Positions 31,980 to 44,854 of a DNA stretch of 64,000 nt are shown in pieces; position 1 is the first letter of the stretch; every line of letters begins with the position of its first letter. The notes under the pieces were generated by a model. That model was given only the letters and a program-made list of their open reading frames with translations, made no database searches and was not told the DNA's origin. The DNA lies in contig JAULAX010000009.1 in NCBI GenBank assembly GCA_032654565.1, forward strand, positions 299,642 through 363,641, in the 5' to 3' direction. Position numbers and translations under genes: made by a program. The DNA is from Anaeromyxobacteraceae bacterium (GTDB taxonomy: Bacteria > Myxococcota > Myxococcia > Myxococcales > Anaeromyxobacteraceae).

Positions 31980-32198
31980 GTGCACCTTTCGTTCGTGGGG
32001 TCCCGGGGGCCCTTTGAAGAGGTGCCTCTGTTCCTCACTTCGCCCCCGCTCGCTGGAGCGGGGACCGAGTCGGAAACGGAGGCGCCTGCAGGTTCCCCGA
32101 GGCCCGTGGTTGGGAGCTTCGGTCCGCGCCGCCGGCCCCATGGCCGGAAGCGCCAACGCCCCGTCCAGACCGGCCCGGGGCGCTGCACGGCTCTTGAG

Positions 32199-32468
32199 TT
32201 ACTTGCGGATGCCCAGCGCGTCGATGAGGACCTTGTAGCGGCTCTGGTCGACGTTCCGGAGGTAGTCGAGGAGCCGCCGCCGCTGGCCGACCAGCTTGAG
32301 CAGCCCGCGCCGGCTGTGGTGGTCCTTCTTGTGGGTCTTGAAGTGCTCGGTCAGGTAGTTGATGCGCTCGCTGAGCAGCGCCACCTGGACCTCGGGAGAC
32401 CCGGTGTCCTTCTCGTGCTGACGGAACTTCTGAACCAGCTCGGTCTTCTTGTCCTGCAACAGCGCCAT
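32199..32468 (-). CDS. rpsO: 30S ribosomal protein S15
   Basis: [34 protein letters not shown]; 89 aa. Confidence 0.98.
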   Translation of the reverse strand: MALLQDKKTELVQKFRQHEKDTGSPEVQVALLSERINYLTEHFKTHKKDHHSRRGLLKLVGQRRRLLDYLRNVDQSRYKVLIDALGIRK

Positions 32469-32554
32469 ATGGACATCCTCTCGAGTGGACCGAGTCACCG
32501 CCGCGGGGGCGAAGGCGTGCGCCGCGGGCGGCCGTGAACGGCCGTGAAGGCGGG

Positions 32555-32583
32555 TGTTTACGTCATCGGGTGGGGGGTGTCAA
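32555..32583 (-). promoter_or_regulatory. Sigma70 promoter of rpsO-pnp
   Basis: TTGACA-17 nt-TAAACA. Confidence 0.7.
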
Positions 32584-32834
32584 CGTCGGGGCCGGGCGGC
32601 GCCCTGGCCCCACCATGCCCCGGTGACCGAAGCTCCCGGGAACAAGGAGGAGGCCCCGGCTCGAGCGCCCGCTCGCCGACAGGCCGGCGTGGGTCGCCCA
32701 TTCCTTCGACTGTCGAATGAGTTCGGACGTCCGAACCGTACCCTCGGTCCGTTGAGCAGACTTCCCCAGGAACTGCCGTGGCTTGGCCACCGACCCGGTG
32801 ACGCGCCGACACGCCGACACGCCGGCGATGGTCC

Positions 32835-33117
32835 TCAGGGCGCACAGTAGGCGTCACGCTGGTACAGACCCGCCACGGTGACGGTGGCGCCTCCCCGGAC
32901 CACGAACTCGCTGCCGCCACAGGCTGGAGGAGAGGTCGGCGGCGGTGGGCTGGGCGGCGTCGCGGACCGCGGCCTCGTAGGCCTGGGCGTCACAGGCCAG
33001 GGGCTCCGCCGGAGCGCAGCCCGCCAGCAGGAGCGCCATGAGCAGGGCGAGCGCCGCCGCCGAGGAGAGCGGCGCGCCGCGGTGGGAGTCCGAGGGGCTG
33101 ATGGGTGTGCCGTCCAT
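32835..33117 (-). pseudogene. Internally deleted, frameshifted lipoprotein gene remnant
   Basis: AGGAG RBS, lipobox LLLAGC, AYEAAVRDAAQP..LSSSLW, then a protein-like tail GSEFVVRGGATVTV..YCAP* in a different frame from about 32918. Confidence 0.55.
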
Positions 33118-33154
33118 GGCGCGGGCTCCTGACACGCAGGTGCCATGCAGGTCC

Positions 33155-33170
33155 TGCAACCCAGGTGCCC
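33155..33170 (-). promoter_or_regulatory. Sigma54 promoter upstream of the lipoprotein remnant
   Basis: GGGCAC-CTGGG-TTGCA, close to the TGGCAC-N5-TTGC consensus. Confidence 0.65.
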
Positions 33171-33230
33171 GGTCCCCCACCCTCCGCCCCCCAGGAATGG
33201 CCGTGAACCGCAGGACCGCGCCGGCCCGGC

Positions 33231-33275
33231 CCCTCCTTCGCGATTCCTGACGTCGGGCCTCGCGAATGGGGGGGG
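33231..33275. repeat. Palindromic REP-like repeat, copy 2
   Basis: CCCTCCTTCGCGATTCCTGACGTCGGGCCTCGCGAATGGGG; 38/45 identical to 6332-6376. Confidence 0.7.
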
Positions 33276-33380
33276 GCCTCCCCCCCCTGGCCCGGGCGAC
33301 CGTGAAGGGTCGTAGCCGCGCCACCTCCGGCTTGGTAGAGCCCGGAGCGCGCCGAAGACCATCACCAAAGGGAGCCGCCC

Positions 33381-35021
<1,641 letters not shown>

Positions 35022-35146
35022 CCGGAGCGTCGGAGCGGGCCTGGGCCGGGCGCCTGGGCCGGGCCGGCCTCCCCCTGGGTGGCCCGGATCCGTTCGGGCC
35101 CGACGTGGCCGCTTCGGGCAGCCGCTCCGGTGGTGCCTGCGTCCTG

Positions 35147-35164
35147 GTCGCCCGACCGGGCGAC
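35147..35164 (-). promoter_or_regulatory. Putative bacterial SECIS hairpin
   Basis: GUCGCCC-GGUC-GGGCGAC starting 11 nt after the in-frame UGA (35175-77); no U-tract follows. Confidence 0.7.
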
Positions 35165-35165
35165 G

Positions 35166-35393
35166 CTAGAGGCCTCAACCGATCGGACCGCAGGAGCGCC
35201 CGGCGCGGGCCACGCCACCGACACCGCCACCACCGCCACCGCCGGATCGGACCGCCGCGGTGGTCGAGAGCTGGCGCCGCACCTTGCGGGTGTGGCAGGT
35301 CGGGCACTCCACCTCCGCCTCGTCGGAGCGTCGGAGGATGAGGGCCTCGAAGGTCACCGCGCAGGAGGGGCAGGCGTATTCGTAGATCGGCAT
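35166..35393 (-). CDS. FmdB-family zinc-ribbon protein, probable selenoprotein (UGA at 35175-77 read as Sec; ends CGPIG-U-GL-TAG)
   Basis: MPIYEYACPSC..FE..CPTC; Gly-rich linker; SECIS-like hairpin. Without readthrough the CDS is 35175-35393. Confidence 0.8.
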
Positions 35394-35451
35394 GGCCCTC
35401 GTAGGAGCCACGGGGGGCCGGAAGGGTTCGCCGATCCGCGCCGAACCGCCC

Positions 35452-36387
35452 TCACCCCCGCGGCGGGGCCCCGGGGACGCCCGGCAGCACCGGCGCGGTG
35501 ATGACCCGGACCGGCCGCAGCCGGCCCTCCTTCACCTCGCCGACCGCCACCAGCGCGCCGTCGGGACCGACCACGCGCTTCAGCCCGTCGACCTCGTCGG
35601 GGCGGAGCAGCTGGCGCCCCCGCGACAAGGCGATGGCGCCGTTGGCGTCGACGTCGAGCCGGGGGAAGAAGGCCACCGCGTCGGCGGGCGGGATGATGCG
35701 GCCGAGCAGCGCCATCCGGTCGGACTGGGCCAGCCGCTCCAGCTCCTCGAGCGGCAGGGCGTCGTCGAGCCGGAACGGCCCGGCCACGGTGCGGCGCAGG
35801 GCGCAGAGGTGGGCCGGGACGCCCAGCGACCGCCCCAGGTCGGCCGCCAGGGTGCGCACGAAGGTCCCCTTGCCGCAGCGGACCGCCAGCTGGACCCGCC
35901 GCAGCCCGTCGGCGCCGGTCGGACCGACCTCGCCCAGCTCGAGGGCGTGGACCGTCACCCGCCGTGCCACCCGCTCCACCGTCTCCCCGGCCCGGGCCGC
36001 CTCGTGGAGCCGGCGCCCGTCGACGCGCACCGCCGAGTACATGGGCGGGACCTGGTCCAGCTCGCCGGTGAGGGCCGGGAGCGCCGCCAGGATGGTCTCC
36101 GCGGTCAGTCCCGCCGGGTCGCCGCGGGCGAGCACCGTCCCCTCGGCGTCCTCGGTGGTGGTGGAGGCGCCGAAGGCCACGGTGGCCAGGTAGCTCTTGT
36201 CGCCGTCGGCGAGCCAGCGCTGCAGCTTGAGGGCGTCGCCCAGGCAGAGGGCCAGCAGGCCGGTGGCGGCCGGATCGAGGGTGCCGGTGTGGCCGGCGTC
36301 CTTGGTGCCGAGGGCGCGGCGCACCCGGTGGACCACGTCGTGCGAGGTGGGGCCGGCCGGCTTGTCGACGAGGAGGACGCCGTTCAT
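35452..36387 (-). CDS. truB: tRNA pseudouridine-55 synthase
   Basis: DKPAGPTSHD, GHTGTLDPAATG, QVPPMYSA, CGKGTFVR. Confidence 0.97.
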   Translation of the reverse strand: MNGVLLVDKPAGPTSHDVVHRVRRALGTKDAGHTGTLDPAATGLLALCLGDALKLQRWLADGDKSYLATVAFGASTTTEDAEGTVLARGDPAGLTAETILAALPALTGELDQVPPMYSAVRVDGRRLHEAARAGETVERVARRVTVHALELGEVGPTGADGLRRVQLAVRCGKGTFVRTLAADLGRSLGVPAHLCALRRTVAGPFRLDDALPLEELERLAQSDRMALLGRIIPPADAVAFFPRLDVDANGAIALSRGRQLLRPDEVDGLKRVVGPDGALVAVGEVKEGRLRPVRVITAPVLPGVPGAPPRG

Positions 36388-36438
36388 GGTCGGGTCCCGG
36401 GGGGTGCTCCAGCCCGGCGGCGAGGCCGGGCCGGCCTG

Positions 36439-36873
36439 CTACTTCTGGCCTTCGCCGTCCGGGGCCGCATCCGGGGCCACTTCCGGCGTGGCGTCCGGCG
36501 CGGCGTCCGGGGCGGCGCCGCGGGCGCGGGCCTCCCGCAGCAGCCGGTCGATGCGATCGCCGCGCTCCACCGACTCGTCGTAGACGATGCGCAGGTGCGG
36601 GGTGTGGCGGAGGCCGAGGGCCCGGCTCACCTCGCGCTGCAGGTACGGCGCGGCGGCGCGCAGCCCCTCCAGCGTCGCCTTCTTCACCGGCTCGTCGCCG
36701 AGGATGGAGAGGTAGACGGTGATGTCCTTCAGGTCCGGCGCCATCTTGGCCCCGGTGACGGTCACCAGGCCGGTGACGCGCGGGTCCTTGAGGCCACCGC
36801 GCGTCAGCAGCATGCTGAGCTCGTGGGTGAACTCGCTGGCCACCTGGGCCGGCCTGTCGTGTCCCCTGCCCAT
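36439..36873 (-). CDS. rbfA: Ribosome-binding factor A
   Basis: LKDPRV, APDLK, LRHTPHL..YDES; downstream of infB. Confidence 0.93.
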   Translation of the reverse strand: MGRGHDRPAQVASEFTHELSMLLTRGGLKDPRVTGLVTVTGAKMAPDLKDITVYLSILGDEPVKKATLEGLRAAAPYLQREVSRALGLRHTPHLRIVYDESVERGDRIDRLLREARARGAAPDAAPDATPEVAPDAAPDGEGQK

Positions 36874-36939
36874 GGCTTCTCCCGCGACGGCCCATCGCCC
36901 GGGCGCGCCACGCCGCCCCGGGGGGCGGCGCCGCGTCGC

Positions 36940-39645
36940 CTAGTCGATCGACTGCCGGATCTCCTCGAGCTCGTAGCACTCGATGACGTCGCCGGCCTTG
37001 AAGTCGGTGTAGGCGTCGATGCCGATGCCGCACTCGAGCGGGGCCAGCACCTCGCGGACGTCGTCCTTGAGCCGCTTCAGCGAGACGATCTTGCCGGTGT
37101 GGACCGGCTTCTTGTCGCGCATGACCCGGCCGTGGTGGTTGCGCTTGATGGCGCCCTCGGTGACCGCCGAGCCGGCGATGGTGCCGACCCTGGTGATGTT
37201 GAAGACCTGGCGGACCTCGGCCTTGCCCAGCGGCTTCTCCTTGATGATGGGCGGCAGCAGCGTCGCCATCTCCAGGCGGATGGTGTCGACGGCCTCGTAG
37301 ATGATGTCGAAGAGCAGGATGCGCACGCCCTGCTGGCTGGCGATCTGCTCCACCTTGGTCTCGGGCTTGGTGTGGAAGCCGACGATGATCCCCTTGCCGG
37401 CCGCCGCGGTGAGCACGTCCGACTCGGTGATGTTGCCGACCCCGGAGGCCAGCACCCGGACCCCGACCTTCTTGGTGGCGCACTTCTCCAGCGCCTGGCT
37501 GACCGCCTCGGAGGAGCCCTGCACGTCGGCCTTGACCACCACGTTGAGGGCCTTGGCCGAGGTGGCCTTGCCCTTGGAGAAGAGGTCCTCCAGGGTGGCC
37601 CGCTTCACCGAGGCCATCGACTTCTGGCGGGACTTCTCGGCGCGGTGGGTGGCCACCTCCTTGGCGGCCTTCTCGTCCTCGACCACGTCGAACTCGTCGC
37701 CGGCGGTGGGCACGCCCGACAGGCCCAGCACCTCGACGGGGAAGCCCGGGCCGACCTCCTTCACCAGCTCGCCGCGCTCGTTCATCATGGCGCGGACCTT
37801 GCCGTACTCGGAGCCGGTCACCAGGGCGTCGCCGATGCGCAGCGTCCCCTCCTGCACCAGCACGGTGGCCACCGGGCCGCGCCCCTTCTCCAGCTTGGCC
37901 TCGATGACCACGCCGGTGGCGAGCATCTCGGGGTTGGACTTGAGGTCGAGCACCTCGGCCTGCAGGGCGATGTACTCGAGCAGCTCGGGCAGCCCCTGCT
38001 TGGTGCGGGCCGACACCGGCATCATGATGGTGGTGCCGCCCCACTGCTCGCCGACCAGCTCGTACTCGGTGAGCTGCTGCATGACCCGCTCCGGCTGGGC
38101 GCCGGGCTTGTCGATCTTGTTGATGGCCACCAGGATGGTGACCCCGGCAGCCTTGGCGTGCTTGATGGCCTCGATGGTCTGCGGCATGACGCCGTCGTCG
38201 GCGGCCACCACCAGCACCACCAGGTCGGTGACCTTGGCGCCGCGCTCGCGCATGGCGGTGAAGGCCTCGTGGCCCGGGGTGTCGAGGAAGGTGATGGACC
38301 CGTGGGTGGTCATCACCGAGTAGGCGCCGATGTGCTGGGTGATGCCGCCCTTCTCGCCGGCGGCGACGTCGGCCTTGCGGATGGCGTCGAGCAGCGAGGT
38401 CTTGCCGTGGTCGACGTGGCCCATGACCGTGACCACCGGCGGGCGGTTGACCAGCTTCGACTCGTCGACGGCGATCTCGGGGATGTACTCCTCCACCTCG
38501 AAGCCCTGCTTCTCGACGGTGAAGCCGAAGTCGGTGGCCAGCAGCGCCGCGGTGTCGGCGTCGATGAGCGCGTTGATGGTGACCATCTTGCCGCCGGCCA
38601 TCAGCTTGCGGATCAGGTCGGAGGCCTTGACGCCCATGGCCTGCGACAGGCCGGAGACCGAGATCGACTCCTCGATGCGGATGACCTTCTTGTGCTCGGC
38701 GCGCTCGGTCACCTGCGTCTTCGCCCCCTTCTTGGTCGGCTTCTTCTTCTTGCCGCGGACCGGCACGTAGGTGCGGTCCTGCATGGCGGCGGTCAGCAGC
38801 TCCTTGGGGTTGAGCGTCTTGGCCGCCTCCTCGGTGGGGCGCCCGGCGGTCCGCTTGTTCTTGGCGTTCTTGTCGCGGCTGACGTCGATGAACTCGCGCT
38901 CGCGGCCCAGCGAGCCGGGGACCACCTTGAGCTCGCGGACCTCGCCGAGGGCGCGGGGGCCGGGCGCGGCCGGGAAGCGGCTGCCGGAGCCGGTGGGCGG
39001 GGTGACCCGGCGCACCGGGATGAGCGGCCGGGAGAGCACCACCGCCTGGGTGGCGGTGGGGCGCTGGGTGCGCGGGTCGATCTGCGGACGGGGCGGCGCC
39101 GCCGGGATGGCCGGGGTGGCGGCGGCCGGGGTGGCGGCGGCGGGCGCCGCCGGGGCGCCCGGGGTGGCCGGCGCGGCGGGCGCGGGCGGGTGGGCGGCGG
39201 CGGCGGCCGGGTCGGCGGCGGTCGCGGTCGCGGCCTCGGCGGTGACCGGGGCCTGGGGCTCGGCCTCGACGGCCGCCTCGGGCGCGGGCGCCTCGACCGG
39301 CGGCTCCTCCTCGACGAACTCCGGCGCCTCCTCGGGCTCCGGCTCGGGCTCGGGCTCGGGCTGCGCCGCCACCGGGACCGGCGGCGGGGCCGGCGGCACC
39401 GGGATGGTCGACTTCTTGCGGACCACGAAGCCGGGCCCGGAGGGGCGCGGGGGGGCGGCCTTGGGCTTCTTCTCGCCGACGATCTTCTCGAAGGCGGCCT
39501 GGGCCTGGTCGTCGTCGAGCGACGACGAGTGGCTCTTCACTTCGAAGCCGAGCTGGTGAAGCCGGTCGACGAGCTCCTGGTTGGAGAGCTCGATGCCGTG
39601 CTCCTTGAGCTGCTTCGCCAGCTCGTGAACGCGCTTCTTGGACAT
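36940..39645 (-). CDS. infB: Translation initiation factor IF-2
   Basis: [44 protein letters not shown]; Ala/Pro-rich linker. Confidence 0.98.
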   Translation of the reverse strand: MSKKRVHELAKQLKEHGIELSNQELVDRLHQLGFEVKSHSSSLDDDQAQAAFEKIVGEKKPKAAPPRPSGPGFVVRKKSTIPVPPAPPPVPVAAQPEPEPEPEPEEAPEFVEEEPPVEAPAPEAAVEAEPQAPVTAEAATATAADPAAAAAHPPAPAAPATPGAPAAPAAATPAAATPAIPAAPPRPQIDPRTQRPTATQAVVLSRPLIPVRRVTPPTGSGSRFPAAPGPRALGEVRELKVVPGSLGREREFIDVSRDKNAKNKRTAGRPTEEAAKTLNPKELLTAAMQDRTYVPVRGKKKKPTKKGAKTQVTERAEHKKVIRIEESISVSGLSQAMGVKASDLIRKLMAGGKMVTINALIDADTAALLATDFGFTVEKQGFEVEEYIPEIAVDESKLVNRPPVVTVMGHVDHGKTSLLDAIRKADVAAGEKGGITQHIGAYSVMTTHGSITFLDTPGHEAFTAMRERGAKVTDLVVLVVAADDGVMPQTIEAIKHAKAAGVTILVAINKIDKPGAQPERVMQQLTEYELVGEQWGGTTIMMPVSARTKQGLPELLEYIALQAEVLDLKSNPEMLATGVVIEAKLEKGRGPVATVLVQEGTLRIGDALVTGSEYGKVRAMMNERGELVKEVGPGFPVEVLGLSGVPTAGDEFDVVEDEKAAKEVATHRAEKSRQKSMASVKRATLEDLFSKGKATSAKALNVVVKADVQGSSEAVSQALEKCATKKVGVRVLASGVGNITESDVLTAAAGKGIIVGFHTKPETKVEQIASQQGVRILLFDIIYEAVDTIRLEMATLLPPIIKEKPLGKAEVRQVFNITRVGTIAGSAVTEGAIKRNHHGRVMRDKKPVHTGKIVSLKRLKDDVREVLAPLECGIGIDAYTDFKAGDVIECYELEEIRQSID

Positions 39646-39657
39646 GTGTCTCGACTC

Positions 39658-39920
39658 CTAATACTTGCCGACAACGACCGTCAACTCACCGCGGAGCGCG
39701 TCCGCGTCCACCGTCACATCCCCGCGCCGGAAGGCCCGGTTGAAGCTGCGCCGCTTCAGGGCCCGCTCCAGGCACCCCAGCTCGCGGTGCAGCCAGGCAC
39801 CGCGCCCGCCGCTCCGCTTCGAATCCCACTCCACGCGCGCACCGTCTCCGACCCGGACCCGGGCCAGCATCGCCTGGGCGGCGGCCTCGCCGCAGCCCAC
39901 GCAGGTCCGGACCGGGGCGG

Positions 39921-39924
<4 letters not shown>
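39658..39924 (-). CDS. ylxR: YlxR/RnpM-family protein
   Basis: PVRTCVGC, GRGAWLH..C, RAFR; GTG start overlaps the nusA stop. Confidence 0.9.
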
Positions 39925-41582
<1,658 letters not shown>

Positions 41583-41585
41583 GGC

Positions 41586-42101
41586 TCAGTCCTTCCTGCG
41601 GAGCTCGGCCTCGAAGTCGTACTCGAGGTTGGCCTTGGCGATCTGGTCGTGGGGGACGCGGTGGAGCACGCCGTCGACGTCGATCTCGACGGCAGCGTCC
41701 TTGAAACCCTTGAGGAGGCCGGTCCAGTGCTTGCGGGCCGGCGAGGCGGGGGCGGTGCCGACCACCGGCCCGTAGGTCTTGATGCGGGCGCGCTGCCCGG
41801 CGAAGCGCTCGAAGTCCGAGGGCTTGCGGAGCGGTCGCTCCAGCCCGGGGGAGGAGACCTCGAGGTCGTAGGCCGGCTCGATGAAGTCCTCGACGTCGAG
41901 GACCGGCTCGACGATCCGGCTGACCGCCTGGCAGTCGTCGACGCCGAAGCCGCCGGCCTTGTCGACGAAGAGGCGCAGCGTCCAGCGCCCTCCGGCGCGG
42001 GACCACTCCACCTCGACGAGCTCGTAGCCGTCGCGGACGAGGATTGGCTCGAGCAGCCGCCGCGCCTGCTCCGCGATCGGTTGATGTGCGATGCCAGTCA
42101 T
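41586..42101 (-). CDS. rimP: Ribosome maturation factor RimP
   Basis: DDCQAVSR, LDVED, YDLEVSSPGLERPL. Confidence 0.95.
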   Translation of the reverse strand: MTGIAHQPIAEQARRLLEPILVRDGYELVEVEWSRAGGRWTLRLFVDKAGGFGVDDCQAVSRIVEPVLDVEDFIEPAYDLEVSSPGLERPLRKPSDFERFAGQRARIKTYGPVVGTAPASPARKHWTGLLKGFKDAAVEIDVDGVLHRVPHDQIAKANLEYDFEAELRRKD

Positions 42102-42115
42102 GTCCTCGAATCCAG

Positions 42116-42150
42116 AAAAGAAAAAAGCGGGCGCTGCTGCGGCCCACTTT
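42116..42150 (-). terminator. rimP-leader intrinsic terminator/attenuator
   Basis: AAAGUGGGC-loop-GCCCGCUUUUUUCUUUU just upstream of the rimP RBS. Confidence 0.75.
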
Positions 42151-42189
42151 CGTACCCGGTCGCCCGGGAACATCGAAAATGTGGGGGCT

Positions 42190-42218
42190 TAGGTAGCAGA
42201 ACGGGCGGCCCGGGTCAA
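42190..42218 (-). promoter_or_regulatory. Sigma70 promoter of the rimP-nusA-infB operon
   Basis: TTGACC-17 nt-TACCTA with an extended -10 TG. Confidence 0.6.
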
Positions 42219-42293
42219 GGCGAGCGGGGGCCCGGTCACCCGCCCGGGCGACCCGTGAAACCCGACGGATCCTCAGCCAGGACGAGGGGTTGG

Positions 42294-43250
42294 CTACTTC
42301 GACGACGCGTCGAGCCAGACGCCGAGCCCCTGGGCGTTGAGCTCGAGGTCGTTCCCGAAGACCTCCACCGCCTCGGCCGCGGGGAGCGGCACCCGGCCCC
42401 GGGCCAGCCCGGCGCGGAGCTGGGCGGTCAGGGCGGCCTTGATGGCCTGGTGGCGGCCGGGGCCGGGCGGAGCGGCCCGGGCGGCGGCGACGTGGTCGTC
42501 GATGCCGCGGTGGAGGGTGGCGGCGTGGGCGGCCAGGTCGCCCTGCACCATCCCGAAGTGGGTGAGGTAGACCCGCTCCGGCCGCTCGGCCAGCATCCGG
42601 TCGAGGGTGGCGTGGAGCGCCGCCGGATCGAACTGCACCGGGGTGGTGGAGATGAAGAAGAAGGGGCCGTCGGGGCCGCCGTCGGTCTCGCGGTAGCTGA
42701 GGCCGAAGGAGTCGCCGGTGAAGAAGCCGCGGGTGGCCTCGTCGAAGACCACGAAGTGGTGCTTGGCGTGGCCGGGGGCGTCGAGGAAGCGCAGCGGCCG
42801 GGCCCCCAGGTCCAGGGTGAAGCCGTCCGGCGCCTCCACCACCCGCGCCGCCGCCACCGGGATGGGGTCGCCGTACATGGCCCGGGTCGGCTCCTCGCCG
42901 TAGACGGCGACGGTGCCGGCCCAGAGCTTGGCCGGATCGACGAGGTGCCGGGCGCCGCGGGGGTGGGCCACCAGGGTGGCCGCCGGCAAGGCCTGCATCA
43001 GGGCGCCGGCGCCGCCGGCGTGATCGAGGTGGACGTGGGTGACGATGACGTGGCTCACCGCCTCGCGGGCGATGCCGAGCTGCGCCAGGCCGGCCAGCAC
43101 CCGGGGGACGGCGTGGACGTGGCCGGTCTCGACCACGGCGGCCGAGTCGCGGCCGCGGAGGATGTAGCAGGCGGCCAGGTCGGGCCGCATGTAGCCGGTG
43201 TCGACGAGGTGGACGCCGGGGGCGACTTCACGGGCGGGGGCGGTCGGCAT
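42294..43250 (-). CDS. MBL-fold metallo-hydrolase
   Basis: THVHLDHAGG, PGHAKHH, FTGD, THFG; alternative GTG start at 43256. Confidence 0.92.
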   Translation of the reverse strand: MPTAPAREVAPGVHLVDTGYMRPDLAACYILRGRDSAAVVETGHVHAVPRVLAGLAQLGIAREAVSHVIVTHVHLDHAGGAGALMQALPAATLVAHPRGARHLVDPAKLWAGTVAVYGEEPTRAMYGDPIPVAAARVVEAPDGFTLDLGARPLRFLDAPGHAKHHFVVFDEATRGFFTGDSFGLSYRETDGGPDGPFFFISTTPVQFDPAALHATLDRMLAERPERVYLTHFGMVQGDLAAHAATLHRGIDDHVAAARAAPPGPGRHQAIKAALTAQLRAGLARGRVPLPAAEAVEVFGNDLELNAQGLGVWLDASSK

Positions 43251-43252
43251 GG

Positions 43253-44737
43253 TCACCTGGACAGCGCGATGGCGGGGGGCTTCCACGTGCCATCGAGGAT
43301 GGAGGGGGGCTTCTCGTTCGGCCAGGCGATCGCCAGGGTGAGCGTGTACGGGCCGGCCGGCGCCGGGAGCCAGTTGGCCTCCTGGCCCTTGCCCGGGGGG
43401 TCCCTCTGGATGATGAGCTCGAGCGACCCGTCCTTGTCGAAGCGGAGCCGGTCGCGCGAGCCGAGGGCGTGGCGGTTGAGCTTGTTGGCGACGAAGGCCC
43501 GCCGGCCGTCGTGCAGGGTGAGCGACCAGGAGGCGGTGGCCGGCGGCAGCTGGCCCCGGGGGAAGCGGAGCCGGTGCCGCTTCGACCCGTCGAGCGGCGC
43601 GCCGTCGGCGTCGGTCTCCGCCACCAGGGTGACGAGATCCTGGCGCCGGCTGGCCCCCAGCGCCGTCGAGGCCATGGCGGCCCGCTGCAGGTGGTCGGTG
43701 CCGTAGGCGCCGATGCCCCCGACCCGCACCAACCAGCCGTTGACGTGGGCGTGGGACCGCTCGACCTGGGCCGCGATCCTGGCCAGCGCCGCGCTGGGGG
43801 CCCCGGCCAGCGACCGCATGGCCACCGCGTCGAGCGAGGCCCCGTCGAAGTCCTTCCCGGGGGCCAGGCCGATCCGGGCCAGCGCCGCCCGCGGCGCGGC
43901 GTCGGCGGCGGCCGGGGGGTTGGACTTGAGCGCGGCGGCCAGCAGGCTGAAGTAGGCCACGGCGTCGAGGGCCTGCACCTGCTCCCTGACCGGGGTCTTC
44001 ATGTCGATGGCCGGGTCGGGCCGGACCACCGGTGGCGGGCGACGCTTGCCGAGCGACGACAGCGGGGCCAGCTCCAGCTGGTCCTGCAGGGCGTGGACCT
44101 CGGCCAGGTCCCTGGCGGTGCCGGTGGTGGCGATCCGACCCCGCACCCAGACCAGGCCGGTGGGCGACTTCAGCTCGGTGACGCTGCCGGGCAGCCTCCC
44201 CTTCCAGCCCGGGCCGGTGATGGCGAGCCGCTGCGCCCGGGTGCCGGTGGTCCTGGCGCCGGCCATGGCGAAGGCGTCGGTCCAGCCGGAGTGGAGGGAG
44301 AGCAGGAGGTAGCGTCCCCGGGTGTCGGGCAGGCTCACCACCCAGGGCTCGGCGCTGACGTCGAGCCAGGCCTGGAAGGACAGGGTGTCGGCGTCGGGGG
44401 CGGCGGACTCGCGGTCGGCCGGCGTCGGCAGGGCGCGCTGCCGGGCCAGCTGCCCCATGGGCGCCAGCCGGTCGCCGGTCGGCCTCGCCACGTTGGTCTG
44501 GGCCCGGCGGGTCAGCTCCATGCTCACCAGCGGGTAGCCGTAGACGTAGGCCTCGACGGCGGCCTCCAGCAGCTCCTTCTCGCGGGCCGACTCGGTGGCC
44601 GCGGCGGCGGCGGCCGCGGCGGTCGCGGCGTCGGCGGTCGGGGGCGCCGGGCGGGCGGGCGCCGGCTTCTCGCAGGCGGTGAGCGCCAGGAGCGCCCCGG
44701 CGACGACGGGCAGCGCGCGGGGTGAAGATCGGAGCAT
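43253..44737 (-). CDS. DUF1254/DUF1214 lipoprotein
   Basis: Lipobox LTAC; AYVYGYPLV, WLDVSAEP, ITGPGWKG, WSLT, NWLPAP. Confidence 0.88.
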   Translation of the reverse strand: MLRSSPRALPVVAGALLALTACEKPAPARPAPPTADAATAAAAAAAATESAREKELLEAAVEAYVYGYPLVSMELTRRAQTNVARPTGDRLAPMGQLARQRALPTPADRESAAPDADTLSFQAWLDVSAEPWVVSLPDTRGRYLLLSLHSGWTDAFAMAGARTTGTRAQRLAITGPGWKGRLPGSVTELKSPTGLVWVRGRIATTGTARDLAEVHALQDQLELAPLSSLGKRRPPPVVRPDPAIDMKTPVREQVQALDAVAYFSLLAAALKSNPPAAADAAPRAALARIGLAPGKDFDGASLDAVAMRSLAGAPSAALARIAAQVERSHAHVNGWLVRVGGIGAYGTDHLQRAAMASTALGASRRQDLVTLVAETDADGAPLDGSKRHRLRFPRGQLPPATASWSLTLHDGRRAFVANKLNRHALGSRDRLRFDKDGSLELIIQRDPPGKGQEANWLPAPAGPYTLTLAIAWPNEKPPSILDGTWKPPAIALSR

Positions 44738-44854
44738 GGTTCCTTCCTCCTGGCGGGGGCCCGGGGTACGCGCCAGCCGCCTCCCGGGGTCCAGGCGAGC
44801 GCGGAAGTATAGCGGTTGTGCGGGCGGCGCCGCCCGGGATTAGACTCGGTCCCG

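Noticed and set aside
32554..32850. Short ORFs (85-120 aa) upstream of rpsO
   Set aside because: No motifs, atypical codon usage, and overlap with the rpsO promoter
35280..35310. CPTCH in the FmdB-like protein as a heme c site
   Set aside because: No signal peptide; it is the second CxxC of the zinc ribbon
39090..39400. Low-complexity repeats inside infB
   Set aside because: Ordinary Ala/Pro/Glu-rich IF-2 linker
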